Virus record (IMG/VR): IMGVR_UViG_3300030333_004442
Coordinates: 1 to 55,561 of that record
DNA: 55,561 nt
Reading direction: 5' to 3' (one strand)
Source: a virus
Lineage: Duplodnaviria; Caudoviricetes
Positions 14,279-22,544 of the stretch are shown here, piece after piece (the stretch's first letter is position 1; each line of letters starts with the position of its first letter). A program made the position numbers and the translations under genes. The notes under the pieces were generated by a model. That model saw nothing but the letters and a program-made list of their open reading frames with translations. It did not search any database and was not told where the DNA came from.

Positions 14279-17200
14279 TTACTGATTCACATATGCCATT
14301 TTCGATTTCTTGTCAATCGAAATCTGCGTATCTACACTGTCCTTCAAGCTGTCCAAATGTGAAATAAGTAGCACGGTTTTATAATACGTCCTCACAACGT
14401 CGAGGATGCGAACGAACCCCTCCATGTTCTCTTCGTCCAATGCCGTGCCCGGTTCATCCAGAATGAACACGTCACCCTTCGGCATCGAAGAAACATTGAG
14501 CAAAGCAAGGCGAATCGCCATCGCAGCTATCGTTTTTTCCGCACCCGAACCCATTTCCAACGGGCGCGGGTCAAACTTAGGATGTTTAATCAAAATGTCA
14601 AGTCTTTTTTCATCATTTTCCATAAAAACTTCAAAGTCCACAACATTTGCAAGCACTTTGGCAATTTCTTCATTGATTCTGGGAAGCTCGCGCTTGATAA
14701 CGTCCAGAGAAATACCATTACTGTGCATACAACTCATAAAAAGGTCGCTTGCAGAGTATTGTTCTCGCAAATCAGACAATTCTTGCTGCTGTGCTGTTAG
14801 ATTCTCCAGCTTCTGTTGTAAAAAGCCGTGGGAGCGATACATTTCGTGAACCTTAGACTGACATTCCTCAATTTCTCCCTTTTTAGCTCCAATATTCACT
14901 TCCATTTCAGCTTTCTGGGCAATTAATGTCTCCAAGCTCTCTATTGCCTCTCTATTTTCCTCATACAAGGCAATATCCTTCTCCAATGTTGCCGCTTCAG
15001 CCTTCAGCTTGACAATTTTCGTCTTATTCTTAGCATTTTCAACCTCAAATTTGGCATTTTCGGAAATCAATGCAGACCTTCGTTCCAAAACTTGTTGATA
15101 TTTCTCTAAGTGACTCTCGACAACCTCTGGCTCCAGCCCACTCAACTCCTTTGCAGCTTCGTTCTTCTTGCCAGATAGGTTTGTTATCTCTTCTTTGGTG
15201 ATGCCAAGACTCTCAAGTGCAGCGTAGGCATCGCGAATAAACTTGCAGTGGCTAAATTCTTCCCCGCATGGCACCTGATTGAGCAATTCAACCTTTTTTT
15301 CTTCAACCTTCTTCTTCGTTTCTGCTCTTGTAATGAGGCGACTCAAGTCATCCAAATCGCCTTGACATTCTTCTATTTTCTTCAGCTTATCTTGATACGA
15401 ACCAACGTCAAATTGCTTCTCAAAGTTATCAATCTTAGAAAGAGTTTCGATGTTCGTCTTGAGGTTCTTTCCCAAGACATAATTCCGCTCCACGTTCTCA
15501 TCAACCTCCTTGTTTACCTCGGACAAGCGAGCAGTGATTTCTTCAATATTGATAATCCTTGTCGGGGTCGCTTCGATTGTAGATACAAGTGTTCGATGTT
15601 GCTCTGTGATGGTTTCGACCTCAGCCTTTAAGACCTCACAACGCTGCTGCTGCGTGGCAGTCTCGGCAAGGGTCACCTCCAGTTTGCCGCTAAGGTCAGC
15701 GACTTCTTCTTCAAAGTCAATTTCTTCAAGACGCTTGATAGCCCCCTTCATATCCGCTGCTGAATCTTTGCACAACTTATACTTCTGTTCAAAGAATTCC
15801 AAATCCAAAAACTTAGCAAGAATTTCTTTTCGCTTTGTCGAACCTTCACCGATGAACGCAAGCGCATCAAGCTGTGACGACATGGAGGTCAACAAGAAAT
15901 CTTCCAGCGTCCCAAAATACTTTCTAATATTCTTGTCCGTGTTGTTTCGCGTCTCCCCATTCAGGGACAGCTTCTCGCCGGTCACCATATCCTCAACCCA
16001 AAAATCAAGCGTGGTCTTGGCTTCTACCGATTCTTCTCCGCGCAACTTTTTAATATACTTCTCGGCTCGCCGTTCAACAATAAACTGCTTACCCGCAATT
16101 TCGATAACAGCACGTCCGCGACCATATTCCCGGTTTTGATTGATGATATCGAGGCTCTTTCGATTTCGCTTGGAAGTAGAGTTGAAAAGCGTCCACAACA
16201 GGCTGTCGATAATGCTCGACTTCCCAGAGAAATTCTTTCCAAAAATACCAACGATGCCATCCAAATGTTCAAACTCGACCTTGTTGCCTTCCCCGTAGTT
16301 GAAAAGGTTATCAAACTCCAGAGTCTTCAAGGTCCAGTTTACATTTCTCTGGACTTCTTCTTGCGCCTCGACAATAGAGTTGTACCTACGGTTGATTTTA
16401 TAAACCTGCTCAAGAACCGAATCCTCGATTTCATAATCACTCAAATATTCTTTAATCAGCCCCTCTTGAACTGCAACGTCTCGCAAGTTTTCCTTTTGGA
16501 AGTCTCCGTCTACATCAACGCTTCCACGGTCGCCTGCTGCCCTGTTAAGGAACGTAATGGACTCAGGCTTGAATCGCTTCTTCGCAACGTCTACAGCCCG
16601 CTTCAGGCGGTCGAGAGGGATACCATAGTTTGCAACCAAGCGCAAGCGTGCCCCCGGCTGAATGTCAGTGCCTCTCGGGATTCGCCCCTTGGGTGTAAGA
16701 TTGATGGTCACAAAGGGCTTGGGATTTTCCAGCACATAATGTTCAACGGAAAAGTCATCCTTGCTCTGAATATCCCAAATCAGAAAGCCCTTGTCGTTTG
16801 ACTCACCGTGATTCTGCTGGACTGTGGAACCACAATATCGGACGCGCCCCTCTGTATCCAAAATCTGATTGGTCTTATGAATGTCACCAAGGAAGGCAAA
16901 GTCATGACCATCAAAAACCTCGATGGGGTGTTCACCATGCTCCATAACCCAGCCAGAGTCAGTAACAACACCGGACACAGAACCATGATACAAGGCAATA
17001 TTAATCTTGCTATCATCGCTGGGGCTAACCCAGTTGTCCTCGTCAAAAACACTCAAGACGTTCAGGCAATGCTTGTCGTCAATGTTGGTTTCGCCAGCGC
17101 CCTTTAACAAGTGCAAATTTGGCAAGCTCAACGCATCAATGATTGGCGTTAGCGCGTCTTGGCGACTGCTGTTTTTCAGATTGCCGTCGTGGTTACCAAG

Positions 17201-17428
17201 AATAATATACGTCGGCGCAATCGCTGCCAAGTTGGTAAAGAAATCTGCCGCCATTTGTACAAACTCGGGCGAAATCTGTGTCTTGGTGTGTGCAATGTCA
17301 CCACAATGAACAATGTAATCTACTTCCTGTTCCTTGAGAATTTCATACAACCTCTCAAAGACCTTTCGGTACTCATAGTGAAACTTCAAATTTCGGATAT
17401 GAGTATCCGCGATGTGTGCGAACTTCAT
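14279..17428 (-). CDS. Fused SbcD/Mre11 nuclease - SbcC/Rad50 ATPase (T4 gp47-gp46 equivalent)
   Basis: N-terminal metallophosphoesterase motifs HIADTH, HCGD, GNHD and LGDIH. These are followed by Walker A GKNFSGKS, a long coiled coil, signature GSGAE, Walker B ILDEP and LISH. Confidence 0.92.
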   Translation of the reverse strand: MKFAHIADTHIRNLKFHYEYRKVFERLYEILKEQEVDYIVHCGDIAHTKTQISPEFVQMAADFFTNLAAIAPTYIILGNHDGNLKNSSRQDALTPIIDALSLPNLHLLKGAGETNIDDKHCLNVLSVFDEDNWVSPSDDSKINIALYHGSVSGVVTDSGWVMEHGEHPIEVFDGHDFAFLGDIHKTNQILDTEGRVRYCGSTVQQNHGESNDKGFLIWDIQSKDDFSVEHYVLENPKPFVTINLTPKGRIPRGTDIQPGARLRLVANYGIPLDRLKRAVDVAKKRFKPESITFLNRAAGDRGSVDVDGDFQKENLRDVAVQEGLIKEYLSDYEIEDSVLEQVYKINRRYNSIVEAQEEVQRNVNWTLKTLEFDNLFNYGEGNKVEFEHLDGIVGIFGKNFSGKSSIIDSLLWTLFNSTSKRNRKSLDIINQNREYGRGRAVIEIAGKQFIVERRAEKYIKKLRGEESVEAKTTLDFWVEDMVTGEKLSLNGETRNNTDKNIRKYFGTLEDFLLTSMSSQLDALAFIGEGSTKRKEILAKFLDLEFFEQKYKLCKDSAADMKGAIKRLEEIDFEEEVADLSGKLEVTLAETATQQQRCEVLKAEVETITEQHRTLVSTIEATPTRIINIEEITARLSEVNKEVDENVERNYVLGKNLKTNIETLSKIDNFEKQFDVGSYQDKLKKIEECQGDLDDLSRLITRAETKKKVEEKKVELLNQVPCGEEFSHCKFIRDAYAALESLGITKEEITNLSGKKNEAAKELSGLEPEVVESHLEKYQQVLERRSALISENAKFEVENAKNKTKIVKLKAEAATLEKDIALYEENREAIESLETLIAQKAEMEVNIGAKKGEIEECQSKVHEMYRSHGFLQQKLENLTAQQQELSDLREQYSASDLFMSCMHSNGISLDVIKRELPRINEEIAKVLANVVDFEVFMENDEKRLDILIKHPKFDPRPLEMGSGAEKTIAAMAIRLALLNVSSMPKGDVFILDEPGTALDEENMEGFVRILDVVRTYYKTVLLISHLDSLKDSVDTQISIDKKSKMAYVNQ

Positions 17429-17437
17429 GTGTCTCCC

Positions 17438-18370
17438 TTATATAGATGCGATTGCTTTGACGAGGAACGAATCATTCGTCATCAAAGCAGCGGAATCCTT
17501 TCGCTTCTGGTATTCCTCTTTCGACATTTCTCCAACGTCCGTGTATGGATTAATATCTACTTTATACAATTCGATATCAAATGTCAACAACTTTTTTATC
17601 AATTTTAGTGCCTTCTTCTCGGCATCAGGGTCTAGCGCGATGTAGACCGGCGTATCATTTTCCACTACATTTTTAATAAGCCTTGAATCCTCTCTGAGTG
17701 ACGAACCCAAAATGGGCACAGCATTACCAGCAACGATGGCATCGAAGACGCCCTCAACAATCGAAAGGTCACTCTGCCAATCGACGTACAACTCATTAAA
17801 AACAATATTCCTCTTGACAGAGGGGTTCATATACTTCTTCCAGTTGCCATCATATGTGCGCCCAACAAAATAGCTCACCTTCCCATCACAGTTGAAAGAA
17901 GGGATGACGATGCGCCCTGCATATTCGCCTGACGGACAGTAGCCAATCTTCCAACGCAATATATCTTCTCGGGTGATGCCGCGCTCCATCAAATACCTGC
18001 GTGCAGGTTTCGCAGCAAGGGATGTTGCGACTGTTGCGAGCGATTTAAACTCAGATGGCAATGAAAGGGTAATCACTTCTTCTTCGTCTTCCCCGCCGAA
18101 GAACACTTCTTCAAATCGGCTGATTTCAATATCCGGTTCAAAATGTGCCCACTTCTTCTGGTGGGAATAGTTGCCGTATCGACGAACAAGCCGACGCACT
18201 GACGAGCCATGATAATCACAGACCCAGCATTTGAATTTATCCTTGTCGATGTTCACCGACATTTTCTTCTTGTGATGATTGCACTTGGGGCAGAAAAACA
18301 ACTGCTCGCCACCGGAACGGTAGCTCTCCCCAAGAATGTCTTTCAAGATGGTGAGTTTTTCTTTATACAC
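17438..18370 (-). CDS. DnaG-type DNA primase (Zn finger + TOPRIM)
   Basis: CPKC...CWVC zinc finger; YLMERGI, RIVIPS, FVGR and KYMNP; TOPRIM motifs VEGVFDA and ALDPDA. Confidence 0.85.
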   Translation of the reverse strand: MYKEKLTILKDILGESYRSGGEQLFFCPKCNHHKKKMSVNIDKDKFKCWVCDYHGSSVRRLVRRYGNYSHQKKWAHFEPDIEISRFEEVFFGGEDEEEVITLSLPSEFKSLATVATSLAAKPARRYLMERGITREDILRWKIGYCPSGEYAGRIVIPSFNCDGKVSYFVGRTYDGNWKKYMNPSVKRNIVFNELYVDWQSDLSIVEGVFDAIVAGNAVPILGSSLREDSRLIKNVVENDTPVYIALDPDAEKKALKLIKKLLTFDIELYKVDINPYTDVGEMSKEEYQKRKDSAALMTNDSFLVKAIASI

Positions 18371-18879
18371 CTATGCCCTGCCCGTGCGATTACAATACTG
18401 TCTGCCCGGTCATACGATTCGGGCTTTGGGTTTCCATACTTTGTATACATTATAACAAAATCTGGCTCGTTGTCAAGTAAAAATTGTAAAACTTTTTCTT
18501 TGGCGTTATCGCCACGCTTTATCGGGACACCAACTGTCTTTCTGGCTGAAGATGCCGAAATCATCTGTGGCTCGACCCCAAATATATTCCAGCACTGCCA
18601 TGAAACCACTCCGTTGAATCTCGACAAGGTTGAGAGCGTCTTCGCGGATGAAAATCCGCTCCTGAAGCTCTGCAAAGATTGTTCAATATAAATATAACCT
18701 ATGTCGAACCGCTTGTCAAGCTCTTTTAATTTATTTTTTACAAAATCTGCCTTGTGATACAAGGTGGGGAAATGATTCTTATTTCTGGTATCCCACGATT
18801 CACAAAAGACAATGTTATCTTCCTCATCCAACACCGTAGCACCTGTGATGGATGTGGATATATCTAACCCAAGCAGCAT
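18343..18879 (-). CDS. RuvC-like Holliday junction resolvase
   Basis: LLGLDISTSITG, YIEQ, AKEKV and DRADSIVIA give the RuvC acidic residue layout. Confidence 0.8.
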   Translation of the reverse strand: MLLGLDISTSITGATVLDEEDNIVFCESWDTRNKNHFPTLYHKADFVKNKLKELDKRFDIGYIYIEQSLQSFRSGFSSAKTLSTLSRFNGVVSWQCWNIFGVEPQMISASSARKTVGVPIKRGDNAKEKVLQFLLDNEPDFVIMYTKYGNPKPESYDRADSIVIARAGHRCIKKNSPS

Positions 18880-20240
18880 TAAAAATCCATTTTAATTTTA
18901 AACGTGTATTCCCGGTCAATAGTCTTCTTCACCGGGGTTGCAACCTTTGCAATTGCAATCAAATTCCTATCCTCGTCATAGATACCCACCTTGGAAATGT
19001 AGGTGGTCTTCTCAAAACTTTCACTATAGTTAGTATACACTGATTTTACAATATTGGTAAGTGCTTTTTCATCTTTTTCAACAAATTGTTTTCCGTCCAA
19101 CAGCGGCTGCTCATCTTGCCCCTTCTGGATGAAGGTCGGATTGTTAGAGTGATTAAGGTCGCCACGGGGAGCATGTGCGAGCATCGTAAGCACCGAAACA
19201 TAGTTAGTGCCATTGAACTCAATCCCCCATGATGCGGACGGACACAACGTAACACTGTACGGTCCTGAGTCCTTGTCAATTGGAAAATGGGAGCCTCCCG
19301 AATCCAACAACTCGTTGCAGGTATCATCGTCTGGATTCCCTTGTGTACCCCACAGGGTCCAAGTCGGAGCAACGGGGTCTGGGAGCGAGTCACCATCGGA
19401 GCCGTCAGGATGTGCTGTCTTACAGTCGGGGCAGGACAAAAAATAATCTTTATAGGATGAGTGTAAGTCCCAGCTACCAGTCAAAGCCATAATGCCCTCG
19501 TTATACAGCACAACGCCTGCAACCTTGCCCTTGTTTGCATCAGCAGGAAGGACTTGTACCAACTCACCATTCCTATATGAATCTTCAAGCTGTCCAACCA
19601 GAGAACCGGTAACATAGAATTTTAATTTAACTGTTCCCTTCTTAATTGAAGAACCATAAAAGATTGACGGTACGCTCACCAATGACATTTCTTGTGTGTT
19701 CTTTGACCAAGTGCCAAGCGCAGGACTTGATGCTTCCCATGCATAGTGTGGAGACATATAAGAATAATGTTCAAAGGTGTTCCTGAGAGAGTTTACATGC
19801 CGCCTCAACTGCGTACAGCCTGTTGGTACAGCGCCCACCGCCCGGTGGTGTTCCACGGCTACAGAAGCCGACAGCGGGTAGCTGCTGGACATGATATCGC
19901 CATATGAGAAAGACTGGAACGAGGATGCTGAGACGGTCTTGAACGCCGTCAGGGAGCCAGCCTTCGTGATGAACGGGTAAGCCATAGCAGTGACGCCGGA
20001 TTCCGTTGATGCATCGTAAGTGTGAGCCGACTCAAACTTATCTACATTAATCTCATAAAGGCTGAGATATCCAGATGGCGTATGCTTCAGCTTACGCGCC
20101 TTGGTAGTATCAATACGACCCGTCGCTGGTATCTCACTGTTATAAACAATGGTGCCGTTGTTGATAACGAATGACGTTCTCGGATGCGTCTTTACTCTGT
20201 TTCTAAATACGTCATTCGTGCTGAACTTGTATAAGGGCAT
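18879..20240 (-). CDS. Baseplate/tail-associated structural protein with tail-collar-like C-terminus
   Basis: SIKKGT, GVVLYNEG, NHSNNPTF and YISKVGIYDEDRNLIAIAKVATPVKK; paralogous to the adjacent gene. Confidence 0.7.
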   Translation of the reverse strand: MPLYKFSTNDVFRNRVKTHPRTSFVINNGTIVYNSEIPATGRIDTTKARKLKHTPSGYLSLYEINVDKFESAHTYDASTESGVTAMAYPFITKAGSLTAFKTVSASSFQSFSYGDIMSSSYPLSASVAVEHHRAVGAVPTGCTQLRRHVNSLRNTFEHYSYMSPHYAWEASSPALGTWSKNTQEMSLVSVPSIFYGSSIKKGTVKLKFYVTGSLVGQLEDSYRNGELVQVLPADANKGKVAGVVLYNEGIMALTGSWDLHSSYKDYFLSCPDCKTAHPDGSDGDSLPDPVAPTWTLWGTQGNPDDDTCNELLDSGGSHFPIDKDSGPYSVTLCPSASWGIEFNGTNYVSVLTMLAHAPRGDLNHSNNPTFIQKGQDEQPLLDGKQFVEKDEKALTNIVKSVYTNYSESFEKTTYISKVGIYDEDRNLIAIAKVATPVKKTIDREYTFKIKMDF

Positions 20241-20255
20241 GAATGTATCCCCCTT

Positions 20256-21500
20256 TTAATAGTCCAGCCTCACTCGCAGCGTAACATCGTTGGTTGGGTC
20301 TTTGCGTAAGGGTTCTGAAAGTTTTGCAACTGCAAGCATCTCATTGTCAGACGAATATAACCCAACTGTCGTAATGTAAGAAACCGGAGCATCTGATTGC
20401 GTGTTCTTAACCCGAATCTGGCTTGAACTGAGATATGTCGGATTAGAACTGTAATTGAAATCGTTGTGGTTGATTCGGCAGAAATAAATTGTCGAGTTCA
20501 ACTCTGTTGTGTTGTTGAAACAGATTTTTGCAATTCTCTTTCTAATGTTTGTCAACAACTGGTCGTTGGTCAGCTTATCAGCATTATTCTCGTTGATTGC
20601 TCTGTCGATTGTGAAACTCTTTCCTGCGGAGGGTCGCCAGATTTCTACGGAAGTGTTTCCATCAGCACCTTTAATCTTTCCTGTTGTTTTAACATGGGTG
20701 CCGGGTTGGTCATCATCCCACACAGTTGATGATGCGTACTTCACAAAAACATCAGTGGTCAAGACAACAATACCGGCTTGGTAAAAAATAAGCCCGCATT
20801 TGGGGTCGGCAACTGTGGATGAGTCGGTAGAAGTGGTGTCTGTCGTGACTTTAAGAATACCATACTCGCCAGCGGGAGAGTTAACACGATAATCTGTTGC
20901 AGCGCCTTCGTCCTTGATTGTTAGATACTCAGCGTGCATAGCTGCTGCTTGTGCAAGAGTTGTGCCTGCACCGTGGGTGCTGGTCTGAGCTTCATAGTCT
21001 TTGTGAACACCAAGAACAATCTCAAACGAACCCTTCTTAATTTCATCCTTGTTCAAAAGGCGAGCAAAGTTGAGGAAAATGCAGGATGTATACTTGTCAC
21101 CACCAGCAATAATATCGCCGTCAGCATCAAACTTCTGGATGTTTCCTGAAGTGTCGTGTCCAACAAGAATTTGAGCCATCTGATTATAAATGTTCTTTCT
21201 CTTGGAGTAGTAGTCATGTTGCGTCTCCCCGACGCCATCAGACCGAGTTGCATTACCATCGTCCGCGTGGTATCCATAAGCAATATCAAAAATATGGTTT
21301 GCCGATGAACTCAAATAAGGATAATCGTAGACTGATTGGAACATTCCATGTGCGAAAGTCTTTACATGCTTTTCATTTGCTACAGGACCATCACCATAAG
21401 TCCCGTATACAATCGAACCCGTGATTGGAATAGCCTCATGAAGAAGCGTGCGCGTTGTTACAACGTCATCATTCAAAAATGTTTTATATGTACTTGCCAT
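20256..21500 (-). CDS. Baseplate/tail-associated structural protein with tail-collar-like C-terminus
   Basis: EIKKGS, GLIFYQAG, NYSSNPTY and YITTVGLYSSDNEMLAVAKLSEPLRKD. Confidence 0.7.
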   Translation of the reverse strand: MASTYKTFLNDDVVTTRTLLHEAIPITGSIVYGTYGDGPVANEKHVKTFAHGMFQSVYDYPYLSSSANHIFDIAYGYHADDGNATRSDGVGETQHDYYSKRKNIYNQMAQILVGHDTSGNIQKFDADGDIIAGGDKYTSCIFLNFARLLNKDEIKKGSFEIVLGVHKDYEAQTSTHGAGTTLAQAAAMHAEYLTIKDEGAATDYRVNSPAGEYGILKVTTDTTSTDSSTVADPKCGLIFYQAGIVVLTTDVFVKYASSTVWDDDQPGTHVKTTGKIKGADGNTSVEIWRPSAGKSFTIDRAINENNADKLTNDQLLTNIRKRIAKICFNNTTELNSTIYFCRINHNDFNYSSNPTYLSSSQIRVKNTQSDAPVSYITTVGLYSSDNEMLAVAKLSEPLRKDPTNDVTLRVRLDY

Positions 21501-21520
21501 TGTTTATTTAATCCCCTTAT

Positions 21521-22480
21521 TTAGCTGGAACAATTCTCTTTGCACTTCATGAAGCGAACCGGAATATCTACTGACCGACCGGTGGTTGCACCAGTTACTC
21601 TGATGTGTGTATCAATGTAATAATAGATTGGGTCAGGGTCAAGCGAAGTCGCGGGCTGAACGGTAGTGCCGCCGCCCAAAGTCGTGAACAAGTGCGTGCT
21701 GGTGTTCAACTCCAGCGATGACTGAACCTTGAATTCTAAGAAGGTTCCTCTTGGACCATCAATAACCTGCGCGGTACTGACCTCTGTCTCATCATTGTTC
21801 GACACATATTCCGTTTCGGAGCCATAAGAAAAGTAGTAACTCGCAATATTATCGTCGTCAATGTACGATACGTTTGCGGGTGTCTGTGATGTTGCTGAAA
21901 CGATGCGCCCGAAGCGATTGTCAATCTGGACAATGTAACTCGTCTCAATCAAGTCAGGGTCAATCTGCATGGACGGTGGAATCTGCGTGGTGTCCAACCC
22001 TTGGTCAACGCGGATGCGTGCCCCAGAAGTAGGATTCTCACCCTTCAAGATTCCTTTTCCATCTGCCAACTCTGTCGATGAGATGAGTGTGTCCTCCGTC
22101 TTCTTATCCACAGCACATGCAAATGTGCCATTCAATTCAGATACTCCCGTTACCATGCTCACATTAGCATCAAAAACTGTATTCAATTGAATCTCTGGGA
22201 GGAACAGCAAGTTGGTTCTCGGTAGTGAGATAAGCTTGTGCTTCATTGAAGAAGTGTTGTTTGTAAACGCCTCCAAAAGTGGAGTTTGCATAATCTCTAA
22301 GTCGTAATATGCAGAGCCGCTTGCGTGCGATTTGTTGTAGAGACTGTAATCAATCTCGTCGTCACCAAGAGCAAACTTGGTAATTTTAAAAGTCCCGTCA
22401 CCCTTGGCGAGCCGCGCCCTGCCGGTGTCAGTCAGAACGGCATCCAAAATAATGTCGCCTGAGTTATCTAAGAAAGCCAT
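21521..22480 (-). CDS. Baseplate/tail-associated structural protein
   Basis: The N-terminus DAVLTDTGRARLAKGDGTFKITKFALGDDEIDY resembles the start of tail-collar/fibre-attachment domains. Confidence 0.7.
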   Translation of the reverse strand: MAFLDNSGDIILDAVLTDTGRARLAKGDGTFKITKFALGDDEIDYSLYNKSHASGSAYYDLEIMQTPLLEAFTNNTSSMKHKLISLPRTNLLFLPEIQLNTVFDANVSMVTGVSELNGTFACAVDKKTEDTLISSTELADGKGILKGENPTSGARIRVDQGLDTTQIPPSMQIDPDLIETSYIVQIDNRFGRIVSATSQTPANVSYIDDDNIASYYFSYGSETEYVSNNDETEVSTAQVIDGPRGTFLEFKVQSSLELNTSTHLFTTLGGGTTVQPATSLDPDPIYYYIDTHIRVTGATTGRSVDIPVRFMKCKENCSS

Positions 22481-22498
22481 CTATTGTTTCCCTCCGCA

Positions 22499-22526
22499 AA
22501 TAAATAGTCATTTTGTATAAATAGTT
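22499..22526 (-). promoter_or_regulatory. Tandem putative late promoter motifs (AACTATTTATA, GACTATTTAT)
   Basis: Two copies of ACTATTTAT 17 nt apart in the 64-nt gap upstream of ATG 22480. Confidence 0.65.
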
Positions 22527-22544
22527 CCTCTAAGGCAAAAAACT

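Noticed and set aside
8669-17428. Inteins or introns in terminase or SbcCD
   Set aside because: Lengths and motif spacing are as expected; no splice-junction or homing endonuclease motifs were seen.
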